Shown: piece after piece, positions 1 to 9,403 of the stretch
Layout of the letters: each line of letters opens with the position of its first letter
How positions within the stretch are numbered: the first letter of the stretch is position 1
Source: Candidatus Harpocratesius repetitus
GTDB lineage: Archaea; Asgardarchaeota; Lokiarchaeia; Sigyniarchaeales; Promethearchaeaceae
Direction of reading: 5' to 3'
Assembly: GCA_021498095.1 (NCBI GenBank)
Contig: JAIZWK010000001.1
Location: 2,190,001-2,222,000 of the forward strand
DNA: 32,000 bases
Made by a program: the position numbers and the translations under genes
Notes under the pieces: generated by a model
The model's input: the letters and a program-made list of their open reading frames with translations, nothing else
What the model was told of the DNA's origin: nothing
Database searches by the model: none

Positions 1-579
1 ATCTACTGTTGCAAGGATTAAAATTTTACGAGAATTTATTGATTGTTTTGTTATTTTATCTAATAAATCTAATCGAACTGCATTATCTTCTTCTAAAATG
101 AAAATAAAGTACTTTGCAATATCAGTTTGGGGATTTGCACCTCGGGGAAATATTCTAAAATGTATATCATCTCCATAACCCAATCGCACAATATAACCTC
201 GTTGACGTAGATCTCGATATACTAAATATCGGATCCAGATTTGCGGATCATCTTCTGCAATTTTAGTAAGTATTTGATCGCTACGAATCTGATTTCCATC
301 GTTTGTATGAATTTTGAGTCGATTTCGCTCAACAAGTAGCAATGCTTCAATTATACTTAATTCCAATCTACTATCTGGTAAAAGTTCGCCAAAATAATTT
401 TTTTCATGTAATATTTGTGCAGTTGGTGAATTATCTATTAATACTTTGTTGTTTGTCCAAAGACCAGTCAAAATTTCAATTTCTAAAGATTGAGAAGTGC
501 TTTTATTTTCAACAATTGATTCTTCCTTTTCGTTAAGATAAATATCTTCTTGTGGAAGATTGAATTTATGGGGGAACAT
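1..579 (-). CDS. endA: tRNA-splicing (intron) endonuclease subunit, 3'-truncated by the window edge; probably the non-catalytic (beta) subunit
   Basis: Not in the ORF track. I translated the minus strand from ATG at 579-577 with no stop to base 1: MFPHKF...LELSIIEALLLVER...YLVYRDLRQRGYIVRLGYGDDIHFRIFPRGANPQTDIAKY...SRKILILATVD. This matches archaeal EndA (YLVYxDLRxRGY, FRxxxRG, RKxLxxAxVD). SD-like GAGGA lies at 592-588. Confidence 0.9.
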   Translation of the reverse strand, partial: MFPHKFNLPQEDIYLNEKEESIVENKSTSQSLEIEILTGLWTNNKVLIDNSPTAQILHEKNYFGELLPDSRLELSIIEALLLVERNRLKIHTNDGNQIRSDQILTKIAEDDPQIWIRYLVYRDLRQRGYIVRLGYGDDIHFRIFPRGANPQTDIAKYFIFILEEDNAVRLDLLDKITKQSINSRKILILATVD

Positions 580-776
580 TCCAAATATCCTCAAATTTTT
601 CTTATTTACTCGCATATTCCAGTTAAATTACAAAATAAAAAAGGAGACAATTGCAAAAAAGTTTGTGATTTAAATTTGTTATTGATAATTCCCACAAAAT
701 TCCATCATTTTATTAAAATAAGCAAGAGATCAAAATTCCTCAAAATTTTTAAATAATTAATTCAAAAATTAAACAA

Positions 777-1823
777 ATGTCGAATTTTGATCTGAAACGA
801 AAGGAATATATTCAAAAGCTTTTTCCTACCGGAATTCCTCCGTTATGGTGTCCTCCACTAACTCATTATCGATCAGATAAAAGTATTGATTTTGAGCGAA
901 TGAAGAAACATATAAACCATATCGCACCTTATATCAACTCTTTTTTGATTCCAGGGAGTACTGGAGATGGATGGGAGATTAATTTTGAAGAATATAAGCA
1001 AATTCTGCAATTTATTTTCAAAGATTTCACACCTGAATGCGAAATTAACGTTTTAATTGGTTTATTACGAACCGAACCTGAAGAAATGCAGAAATTTTTG
1101 GATTATGCGATTCAGTTTTTGCATGAAAATAAAATAAAAACAGATATCGATCAATATACACCATCTCGATTTAAGGGATTCGTTTTATGTGCTCCAAAAG
1201 GGAAGGATTTATCCCAAGATGAAATAAGTAAGGTAATAATTCCTATATTAGAAAAAAACTACCCAATTGTTCTTTATCAACTTCCCCAAATCACAGAAAA
1301 TGAATTAAGTCCTACCTTGATAAGTGAGTTAGCTGCTAAATATCCTAACTTTTACATGATGAAAGATTCAAGCGGCCAAGATAAGGTGGCAAATGCTGGA
1401 CTAGATTATCATGGTGTTGTCCTTTTACGAGGTGCAGAAGCTGATTATCATAAGCATTTAAAAGCATCTGGAGGCGTCTATGATGGATTCTTATTAAGTA
1501 CCGGAAATACTTTTGCAAAAGAACTGAGACTTATTGTAGATAATATATTATCTGGGGAAACATCTAAAGCAGAGGCAGAGTCTATTTCTTTAACGCAAGT
1601 AATTAATCAAGTTTTTGAAATCGCAGCAAAAATTCCATTTGGGAATGCCTTTACGAATTCAAATAAGTTATTGGACCATATATTTGCATATGGAAATGAA
1701 TGGTTAAAAGCCGAAAGACCCTTAACACATGCTGGAGAAAATCTCTCTGAAGATACTTTGCTAAAGGTTGATGAAATTTTAAAGAATAGTCCTTATTACC
1801 CAAAAAAAGGTTATATTATGTAA
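777..1823 (+). CDS. Dihydrodipicolinate synthase (DHDPS/NAL) superfamily Schiff-base aldolase/lyase, substrate unknown
   Basis: PPLTHY (PxxTP-like), GSTGD (GxTGE-like carboxylate motif), LYQLP (catalytic Tyr) and MKDSSG (Schiff-base Lys). The DapA-specific Arg after the Tyr motif is absent. Confidence 0.8.
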   Translation: MSNFDLKRKEYIQKLFPTGIPPLWCPPLTHYRSDKSIDFERMKKHINHIAPYINSFLIPGSTGDGWEINFEEYKQILQFIFKDFTPECEINVLIGLLRTEPEEMQKFLDYAIQFLHENKIKTDIDQYTPSRFKGFVLCAPKGKDLSQDEISKVIIPILEKNYPIVLYQLPQITENELSPTLISELAAKYPNFYMMKDSSGQDKVANAGLDYHGVVLLRGAEADYHKHLKASGGVYDGFLLSTGNTFAKELRLIVDNILSGETSKAEAESISLTQVINQVFEIAAKIPFGNAFTNSNKLLDHIFAYGNEWLKAERPLTHAGENLSEDTLLKVDEILKNSPYYPKKGYIM

Positions 1824-1849
1824 GATTTTTTTTTAATGAGGTGAAAAAA

Positions 1850-3106
1850 ATGAGTTTACAGAATAAATTACGAATTTCAGAAGAAAGTGTTAAAACAATC
1901 AATGATTTTTTGCTGGACCCTGCAAATCCATTAATCCAAAAATTTTTAGATGTTGTGGAAAAATATGGAGGTCCTGAAGCAATTAATGAAAAAGCTGCCA
2001 AAGCGCGTCAATTAGATCATCTAATGGATCAGTTAAAAGCAAAAAATTCTCCATACATAAAAGATTTAGAATGGTTAATTGAACAGCGCGACTCAGGGAA
2101 ATTTATCAAGCTTGAAGATTATTATCGAAAAATTCTTGGTGATAATTATAACCCCGATTCTATGAAGAAAGATTTTGCAGTAACCTTAGAATTAAGCGCT
2201 TTGCAATATTTTCCTTTTCTAATCGAACAAGCGAAACAAGCAATCGAAAAACAAGAACTCATGCCTGGAAGAATCATTCGTGTGCGAAAAATGAAAGAAC
2301 AAGAATCAGATGATGACATTCTCGCTGTAGCCGCTGCAATGAATATAATTGGTGCATCATATGTAGAGACTCTTGATACTAAAGGTACAGATGGATCAAA
2401 TATCCATTTAGGGGGTCCTGAAACAATTACTGGTTATTTTGGAGGTGTTGGACAACCTAATGATTATCCTATTAAATGGATTGATGAATTTCTTTATTAC
2501 TATACCACATATGGTGTTCGACAAGTATTAAACGTAAATCCTGGAACAGTATTATTAGGATATTTCTTGCATAAGATTGGTGTGGATATAGAATTTAAAA
2601 TCTCAGTTTACATGGGGAATGATAATCCATACAGCGTACTTTGGACATTATTGACCGCCAAACTTTTCACTCGCGAAGATGGAACCACCTCGTTAATCGG
2701 ATTTAATTTCTCCAATTCCGTGAATAATGAAACCATTGAACTTAGTGCCGTTCCAAGAAAAGCCTTTGGATTGGAAGATGTAGTTCGTTTCGAACATCAT
2801 ATTACAGAAACCTATAAATCAATTGTTCGCCAACCCTACAATCGCCGGGATGAGCTTGTAGAAGTTGCTGCGAAAGTTAGAAATATTAGTGCAAAGCATG
2901 AAGGTGCCGATCCTGAGATTGATGAGAAACGTGAGCATCCATCAGATATTTTAGATTATTTTATGGATAAGGAAGATGTTCTCAAGCAAAACTTGATGGA
3001 TAAATTGCTTCGAAATTATTTAGATAAACATGAAGCAATTGCAAAAACCGCCAATGCATTAATAAAAAATAATATTCCAGTAATTCCAGCTAAAAATCTT
3101 CATTAA
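1850..3106 (+). CDS. Uncharacterised soluble protein (418 aa), probably an enzyme, co-transcribed with the DHDPS-like gene
   Basis: Long ORF with motif-dense Gly/His/acidic segments (ETLDTKGTDGSNIHLGG, GYFGGVGQPNDYP, RFEHHITE, KHEG). Start moved from GTG 1841 to ATG 1850 because GAGGTGA at 1838-1844 is an SD site overlapping the GTG. Confidence 0.8.
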   Translation: MSLQNKLRISEESVKTINDFLLDPANPLIQKFLDVVEKYGGPEAINEKAAKARQLDHLMDQLKAKNSPYIKDLEWLIEQRDSGKFIKLEDYYRKILGDNYNPDSMKKDFAVTLELSALQYFPFLIEQAKQAIEKQELMPGRIIRVRKMKEQESDDDILAVAAAMNIIGASYVETLDTKGTDGSNIHLGGPETITGYFGGVGQPNDYPIKWIDEFLYYYTTYGVRQVLNVNPGTVLLGYFLHKIGVDIEFKISVYMGNDNPYSVLWTLLTAKLFTREDGTTSLIGFNFSNSVNNETIELSAVPRKAFGLEDVVRFEHHITETYKSIVRQPYNRRDELVEVAAKVRNISAKHEGADPEIDEKREHPSDILDYFMDKEDVLKQNLMDKLLRNYLDKHEAIAKTANALIKNNIPVIPAKNLH

Positions 3107-3193
3107 TTGATATGGGAAGATTTTTATTTTTTTTATTTTTCGATAGATTCATAATCTTAACCGAATTGCATTTATTAGGAGTATAAGAAGTGC

Positions 3194-4558
3194 ATGCGAA
3201 AGGATTATTTTTTAGTAGGGTTGGGTTTTCGATTTATTATGCTATTTTTTTTTATCCAATTAAACGAAGTAAATCACTATAATGATGCATCATTAATTAT
3301 CTATAAAGCTTTTCTTCATTTATTGGATTGTGAAAATCCTTATTCTTTTATCTATGAACTCCCATGGGGAACTGGGACATTCACTCAACCCTTCAATTAT
3401 GGACCTATGATTTTTTTTATATATTTACCCGCAATGTTGCTCCCTATTTGGTATCATGATTTATGGATTGGAATGGCTGTTATGATTAATTTATACAGTT
3501 TTGGCATTGCAGAAATACTTTCCCGTATAGGTTCTCAAGATTTATCTTTTCAAGTTAATTCAACTTTATCCATTACTGATAAAGATCCTCACAAAAATCG
3601 TTTATTATATTATGGAGGGTTGTTTTTTTGGATGCTCCCTTTTGGAACCACAGTAATTTCTGTTTTTATTTATGCTCCCATATTTTTATGTACATTAGCT
3701 TTTATTTATAGAAAATATCCATTAATAGCAGGTTTTTTCTTGATGAACGCAGCCTTAAGTTATCAATTAGTTCTCTTATTCGTTCCTATTTTTGGAATAT
3801 ATTACCTAAAGCAGAATTGGAATGCTACTTTAAAATTTGTTATTGGTTGTATTCCAGCGTTATTAACCTTGTGTTTTTTCATTCTCTGGCAATTTCCTGC
3901 TGGAACCATTGATAGTTTATTTCTCTATACATCTAGAATGCCTTATATAAAGTGTGAAAACTGTGGAAATGATCTTGATAAATGGTCCATTTTTTCCATC
4001 CCCCATCTCTTATATGTATTGAGTGGTGGAGTGACTCAAATTGGTAATTATTTTCGCTTAGGTGTAATAATTGTTTTAGGAATTTATTGTTGTATTTTAT
4101 TATTTAAAAAAGAAACCAATAATCAACTTGCGATTACAATAATTAAATATCAAATTTTAACTACCATTCTTTTTACTCTCTCAACTAATTATGGGCAAGT
4201 TCACTATTTATTTTTCCTTTTTGTTCCATTACTGTATCTATTTCAATATTTTAAACCCGATTTTCAAAAAAATAGGCTTATTAAAGAAAGAGAAGTAAAA
4301 ACAATTAAAAAATGGAAGATTTTTCAAATTGGAAATGAAAACTTCTCAATTTTTACTATTTTAATGATAATTGTGCTTGGTATTTTTTTGTTTTTTGGAT
4401 TATTTATGATTTATTTGTTAAAACCAGATATTTTTTATGAAGGAAAATTAGATGGTTTGCTTAATCATCTTTGGTTAAAATGGGGGTCCTTTTCAATCGG
4501 AGTTGTTTGTATTTTATGTGGTTTTTTCGTCTACAAACAAGAAAAGACTGTAAGCTAA
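3194..4558 (+). CDS. Multi-pass membrane protein, GT-C fold glycosyltransferase-like (GT87/DUF2029/PIG-M-like)
   Basis: About 10 or more hydrophobic segments. The first loop carries an acidic residue (HYNDA) followed by ENPY...PFNYGP, resembling the NPY...FxYPP pattern of GT87-like lipid-linked sugar transferases. Confidence 0.55.
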   Translation: MRKDYFLVGLGFRFIMLFFFIQLNEVNHYNDASLIIYKAFLHLLDCENPYSFIYELPWGTGTFTQPFNYGPMIFFIYLPAMLLPIWYHDLWIGMAVMINLYSFGIAEILSRIGSQDLSFQVNSTLSITDKDPHKNRLLYYGGLFFWMLPFGTTVISVFIYAPIFLCTLAFIYRKYPLIAGFFLMNAALSYQLVLLFVPIFGIYYLKQNWNATLKFVIGCIPALLTLCFFILWQFPAGTIDSLFLYTSRMPYIKCENCGNDLDKWSIFSIPHLLYVLSGGVTQIGNYFRLGVIIVLGIYCCILLFKKETNNQLAITIIKYQILTTILFTLSTNYGQVHYLFFLFVPLLYLFQYFKPDFQKNRLIKEREVKTIKKWKIFQIGNENFSIFTILMIIVLGIFLFFGLFMIYLLKPDIFYEGKLDGLLNHLWLKWGSFSIGVVCILCGFFVYKQEKTVS

Positions 4559-4583
4559 AATTTAAAGAAAAATACTTAAGGAA

Positions 4584-5456
4584 ATGAAAAAAATGGCTAT
4601 AGAAATATCAGAAGAATCTATGAAAAATGCACATTTTACCTTCTCTCTTATTATCATAAATATTTTGATTTTTATTATTGTAAATCTCATTTCAGGTTCA
4701 AATGTTGTATTATTTTTAGCTCAGTCAAATCATCTTATTGTTCATGGCCAAGAATTATGGGGACTCTTTACATCCATGTTTATACATGCTGATGCAGCCC
4801 ATTTGATTTTTAATATGATTTCATTATTCATTTTTGGAATATTTGTCGAGAATAATTATCCAAAATGGCAGTTCCTTCTTGTATATTTGATTTCTGGATT
4901 AATTGGATCAGTATTTTCATTTCTTTATTATCTTATTATTTCTCAAGGTATTTACTATCCAATTTATGGATTAGGAAGTTCAGGTGCTATATATGGTTTA
5001 ATGGCTGCTGCATTTGTTAAAATCCCCAGATCGAATTATTATATGTACATTTTTGGGATAATCTTTGTACTATATCGTATATTAAGTTCATTAGATAATT
5101 GGGCGCATATTTTTGGATTTGTAAGTGGATTTCTCATGGCGCGGATATTTGTACATCAAAAATATCATAATTTATCAAGATTTCAGAAAAAAACAGAGAA
5201 CTATGGGGAAGAATTTCGTAAAGAAGAGCCAAAATCATCAGAACGAAAAATTTTTAATCGTTTTTGTATAATTCTGCAAATTAATAATCCAATTTCTATC
5301 AATATTATGGCTAATTATTTACAGTTAACTGAAATGGATTTAATGAAGCGTTTAGTTGTTTGGAAAGAAAGATTACCGTTTCTAATTAAAAGGAATAAAA
5401 TAATCATTCCTAATATGGATGAATTTCTCCTTGCACTTGAACGGTTCCCCTCTTAA
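4584..5456 (+). CDS. Rhomboid intramembrane serine protease with a C-terminal soluble winged-helix/PCI-like domain
   Basis: LFTSMFIH...HLIFNM (HxxxN), GSSG (GxSG catalytic Ser) and NWAHIFG (catalytic His). About 70 extra helical residues follow a charged linker. The start could also be ATG 4593. Confidence 0.9.
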   Translation: MKKMAIEISEESMKNAHFTFSLIIINILIFIIVNLISGSNVVLFLAQSNHLIVHGQELWGLFTSMFIHADAAHLIFNMISLFIFGIFVENNYPKWQFLLVYLISGLIGSVFSFLYYLIISQGIYYPIYGLGSSGAIYGLMAAAFVKIPRSNYYMYIFGIIFVLYRILSSLDNWAHIFGFVSGFLMARIFVHQKYHNLSRFQKKTENYGEEFRKEEPKSSERKIFNRFCIILQINNPISINIMANYLQLTEMDLMKRLVVWKERLPFLIKRNKIIIPNMDEFLLALERFPS

Positions 5457-5479
5457 ACTATGGGTCCTTATAATCATAT

Positions 5480-6988
5480 ATGGTACTAGAACACTTAAAA
5501 CCACAAATCGTATGGGAAATTTTTGAGAATCTATTTCTTGCAACTCCCCATGAATCAAAGCATGAAGAACCAATTCGAAAAAAAATAAAGGATTGGATTG
5601 ATTCAGTTGTAAAACCCAAAATTCCTGCTATTACTATTGATGAAGATGAGATTGGAAATCTCTTTATTTCTGTTCCTGCCTCACCAGGATATGAAAAGGT
5701 TCAACCCTTACTTTTACAAGGGCACATGGATATGGTTTGCGTTTCTAATGAGCCCTTTGATTTTCAAACCAATTCCATCACTCCTGAAATTGAACCTAAT
5801 GGAGAATGGATTACTGCCCATGGGACTTCTTTAGGCGCAGATAATGGAATTGGGGTTTCTATGGCCCTTGCTCTTCTAATCGATCCGGACTCTGATTTTA
5901 AACATGGACCTTTGGAAATTTTGATTACAGTGGATGAAGAAACAGGGTTAACTGGTGCTTTCGAATTAGATATTGAAAAATTCAAAATTAAAAGTCGGGC
6001 AATGTTAAATGTGGATTCTGAAGAACTGGGTGTAATAACCATTGGTTCAGCAGGTGGTGGGGATTCAAAATTAGAGAAAAGACTTACTAAATTTTCAGAT
6101 TTTTCTAAATTTGATACATTTTTCACTTTAAATATCAGTGGTTTGATTGGTGGCCATTCTGGGGGTGATATTCATTTACCAAGGGCAAATGCTAATAAAT
6201 TAATCGCACGGATGTTAAGCAAACTTGTTATTGCCAAAGTACCATTTGTAATAACTAAATGGAACGGTGGTACAAAACACAATGCGATTACACGCAATTC
6301 AGAAATTGTATTTGGGATTCAAAAAGAGTATGAGGATCAAATGAATAAAATTTTAATTAATGAAAAGAATGCTCTTTTTTCCTATTATCAACATGGTGAA
6401 AATCCATTTGAACCAAATCTTTCAATAACTATAACATCAACGACACCCCAACCCTATTTTTCACCTGAAGAAAGTGCTTTAATTATTACCACTGGAAATT
6501 TAATTCCTAGTCGAGCAATTGTCCTTTCACCAACAATTCCAGGTTTGACAGAAACATCAAATAATTTTGCTATTGTAAAAACTACAGATTCTGGAATTAT
6601 ATTCCACTTATCCAGCAGAAGTTCAGTGCAAGCAGATCTCGAATGGATTCGGGATCAACTCGAACAATTAGCTTCAATTACAAAATGGCATTATATCCGA
6701 GAGAAAGCTTATCCAGGATGGAACCCTGATCCTCAGAGCTCATTTTTAGCTTATGTTAAGAAGATATATATGCAAGAACTCGGCAAAGAAGTGGGTGTTG
6801 GTGCAGTTCATGGTGGATTGGAAACTGGACTGATAGGAGCTAAAATTCCAGGAATGAAAATGGTTGCAATTGGACCAGATATTCATAATCCACATTCTCC
6901 TGATGAACGAGTAAATATACACAGTGTGGAAAAAATGTATCAGATTATAAAAAGTATTATTAAGGATTTCAAATCATATAATTCTTAG
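5480..6988 (+). CDS. pepD: Aminoacyl-histidine dipeptidase (PepD, peptidase M20C)
   Basis: Metal-ligand and family motifs QGHMDMVC, LGADNGIG, DEETG, NVDSEE, GGHSG, HGGLETG and HSPDE; 502 aa. Confidence 0.92.
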   Translation: MVLEHLKPQIVWEIFENLFLATPHESKHEEPIRKKIKDWIDSVVKPKIPAITIDEDEIGNLFISVPASPGYEKVQPLLLQGHMDMVCVSNEPFDFQTNSITPEIEPNGEWITAHGTSLGADNGIGVSMALALLIDPDSDFKHGPLEILITVDEETGLTGAFELDIEKFKIKSRAMLNVDSEELGVITIGSAGGGDSKLEKRLTKFSDFSKFDTFFTLNISGLIGGHSGGDIHLPRANANKLIARMLSKLVIAKVPFVITKWNGGTKHNAITRNSEIVFGIQKEYEDQMNKILINEKNALFSYYQHGENPFEPNLSITITSTTPQPYFSPEESALIITTGNLIPSRAIVLSPTIPGLTETSNNFAIVKTTDSGIIFHLSSRSSVQADLEWIRDQLEQLASITKWHYIREKAYPGWNPDPQSSFLAYVKKIYMQELGKEVGVGAVHGGLETGLIGAKIPGMKMVAIGPDIHNPHSPDERVNIHSVEKMYQIIKSIIKDFKSYNS

Positions 6989-7049
6989 AATAAATGAAAA
7001 AAGAGAGATATTTTGTTCTTTACAACTAATCTCTCAGTGTTGTATTTTT

Positions 7050-8306
7050 TTAATTTTTAATCTCTTCTTTTACTTGGTTTTTTGAACTTTCTGTGTCATT
7101 AATTGAATAGCTTTTGAGTAACCAAGGTATAATAATAACACTAAAGTATAGGGTAAACGCTATCAGTAATGACTGCATAGGAGACAATCCAAATATGTAT
7201 AATCCATCCAAACCAAGTCCAATTAAGAGTGCTAAGCCACTATAAACCAAATTTAATGCAAAATTAATAATCGATAATACAGTTGCTCGCTTGTTTGATG
7301 GGATATGATCATTGGTGTATTTGTCCAAAACTGTCCATGTATAATCCCTTGTAAAGAATAAAATGAATAAGAAAATAATACTAAAGGGTTGCATGAAAAT
7401 AGCCATTAACAAGAACATAACTGTAAAGACTCCTGTAATTAGGAAAAGAGATCCTTTTTCTCCTAATTTTTGTTCAATTTTATAGCGTAATGGACCGAAG
7501 AAACCTATCACACCTCGAGTAAATGCAAATATTAAGCCGAAATATATTATTGGTACTCCAGATTGCTTAAGATAGGGCTGTTCCATAATATTTACAAAAA
7601 CCATAGGAATCATTAGAACTAAAATATTGAAAAACAACAAAAATCTCACAATTTTTGATTTCCAGGTAAAAGATAGAGAGTGTGTAATTAACTGGAATTG
7701 AGCTGCAATAGATTTCTGGTTTTCTGATTCATTTGGCTCGATCATACTAAAGATAAATATTGCTGCAATCAAGCTTGCAATACCGTGAAGATAAAAGGGT
7801 AGTGATATATTAATGGAATATGTTACTCCACCTAAGATTGAAGAAAGAATAATTGAAAATGCAGTAAAAAGATCACGCCTACCAATATATTTAATATATT
7901 GTGATTCTCTTCCTAATTCTTTGAGAGTATCATAAAAAAGAGCTCTTTCTGCTCCAGAGATAAGTGAGTCACTTAATCCTAATAAGATTCCTGCAATAAA
8001 ATATACCCAGAATTCTGTTGAAAATGCAATCATAAATAAACTGAATCCCCAAATAGAGAATCCCAAACCAGTTGATAATTTTCGTCCAAATATGTCTGCA
8101 AATGCACCACTGGGAATATCAGTGAGTATTACAATAACTGCTACTATAGATTCAATTGCGCCCATTTGTAAATATGATAATCCACGATCTTGAAAATAAA
8201 TAATTCCAACAGGCATAGAAATCCATAAATTCCGGAATATCATTGCTAAAAAATATTTCGGAATGTTCTTTTCCAACTTTTGTTGAGAATACTGTTTATT
8301 CTCCAT
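7050..8306 (-). CDS. MFS transporter
   Basis: 418 aa with about 12 TM segments, motif A-like DIPSGAFADIFGRK, and SGAERALFYDTL typical of MFS_1 exporters. Confidence 0.9.
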   Translation of the reverse strand: MENKQYSQQKLEKNIPKYFLAMIFRNLWISMPVGIIYFQDRGLSYLQMGAIESIVAVIVILTDIPSGAFADIFGRKLSTGLGFSIWGFSLFMIAFSTEFWVYFIAGILLGLSDSLISGAERALFYDTLKELGRESQYIKYIGRRDLFTAFSIILSSILGGVTYSINISLPFYLHGIASLIAAIFIFSMIEPNESENQKSIAAQFQLITHSLSFTWKSKIVRFLLFFNILVLMIPMVFVNIMEQPYLKQSGVPIIYFGLIFAFTRGVIGFFGPLRYKIEQKLGEKGSLFLITGVFTVMFLLMAIFMQPFSIIFLFILFFTRDYTWTVLDKYTNDHIPSNKRATVLSIINFALNLVYSGLALLIGLGLDGLYIFGLSPMQSLLIAFTLYFSVIIIPWLLKSYSINDTESSKNQVKEEIKN

Positions 8307-8477
8307 AATATTTGTATAAATCTTTGGAAATATTTATACAAAACGATTTTTGAGAAGGTTTTCTTAGATTTTTCATTTATTTTTTATAGTTCTTTCATTG
8401 ATCAATTTTGTCCTTTTTTTTGAAACAAAAATGATTACTTTTTTAATTAGCGTTAATTACATAATTATTGACATAGG

Positions 8478-9278
8478 ATGACAAAAAAAGGAGAACAAAT
8501 TCAATCTCAAATATTGCGATTTTTAGAAAGAAATCCTGATGGGCTCCGAATTGGCCAACTTACCGAACTTTTAGGGGTTTCGAGGAATTCTGTTTATCGA
8601 TATTTGAATATTCTTGTAGAAAAGGATTTAGTTCGAAAACAACCTAATAAATTGTGGGTTTTAACAACTCCTCTAAAACCACAGACTATTTTAGGATATC
8701 AATACCATGCTCTATTACAAGGACTGTGTCATATTGGGGGAAATTTATGGGATATAAAAACTGAAAAAGGTAGGTCAAATTTCAAAGAATTAGGTAAATG
8801 GATTTCACCACGTATGAAGGAATCTACCAAATTGGATTTAGAAGAATTAAAACAAAAGACTCATTTTTTACAGGATATTCTTGAATTTGGTATGAAATTA
8901 GTAGATGAAGCTAGTTCAGTTGAGCAATTTACAACAAGTTTTTCTTTAGACGCAAATGGATTTCCTAATGAAAATACTAATCTTGCTGCTGTTGTCAGTT
9001 TTCAAGGTGGTTATGTACAGACATCAAAAGTTCATGGTAATGGGTTTGCGCATTATTATATTATAGCTGGAATTATTGAAAGAAGTATGGAACAAATTAT
9101 TCCTGCAATTTATGGAGGTAGAGTTTATGTAGATATTTTGAATATGGATGAAGAAAATCAGCATGTCGAGCTAGGACTCTATGTAATTTTTGATAAAGTA
9201 ACACCCTTTATTGATCCATATACAAAACGACGAATTCCTTTTCCACAGCGTGAGATTCGCCTCCATGGGCATTATTAA
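8478..9278 (+). CDS. Winged-HTH transcriptional regulator with a C-terminal V4R/HNOB-like putative ligand-binding domain
   Basis: N-terminal ILRFL...LRIGQLTELLGVSRNSVYRYLNILVEKDLV is a clear HTH. The C-terminal FKELGKWI...YIIAGIIERSM pattern resembles V4R-type folds (weaker call). Confidence 0.7.
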   Translation: MTKKGEQIQSQILRFLERNPDGLRIGQLTELLGVSRNSVYRYLNILVEKDLVRKQPNKLWVLTTPLKPQTILGYQYHALLQGLCHIGGNLWDIKTEKGRSNFKELGKWISPRMKESTKLDLEELKQKTHFLQDILEFGMKLVDEASSVEQFTTSFSLDANGFPNENTNLAAVVSFQGGYVQTSKVHGNGFAHYYIIAGIIERSMEQIIPAIYGGRVYVDILNMDEENQHVELGLYVIFDKVTPFIDPYTKRRIPFPQREIRLHGHY

Positions 9279-9376
9279 TTAAAGTATTAGTAATTAGAAT
9301 AAAATATAATGATTTTTTTTTCTAAATTAAAATAATTCCTAGAAAAAACATCAAAAATTGAAAGAGAAGAAAAAGA

Positions 9377-9403
9377 GTGGGAGAATGTGTGAAGTTCTCC
9401 CAC
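9377..9403. repeat. Perfect 9-bp inverted repeat (hairpin) in the convergent intergenic region; possible terminator or ncRNA stem
   Basis: GTGGGAGAA (9377-9385), a 9-nt loop, then TTCTCCCAC (9395-9403). On the minus strand it is followed by a pyrimidine-rich tract (TCTTTTTCTTCTCTTT). Confidence 0.7.

Noticed and set aside
342-756. Track ORFs 342-536 (+) and 550-756 (+)
   Set aside because: They lie antisense to or overlap the endA-like gene and its promoter, and carry no motifs.
777-1823. Calling the gene dapA (lysine biosynthesis)
   Set aside because: It lacks the DapA-specific Arg after the catalytic Tyr, and no dap or lys neighbours are present.
1841-1849. GTG start for the 421-aa ORF
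   Set aside because: The GTG is part of the GAGGTGA SD site; ATG 1850 has proper spacing.
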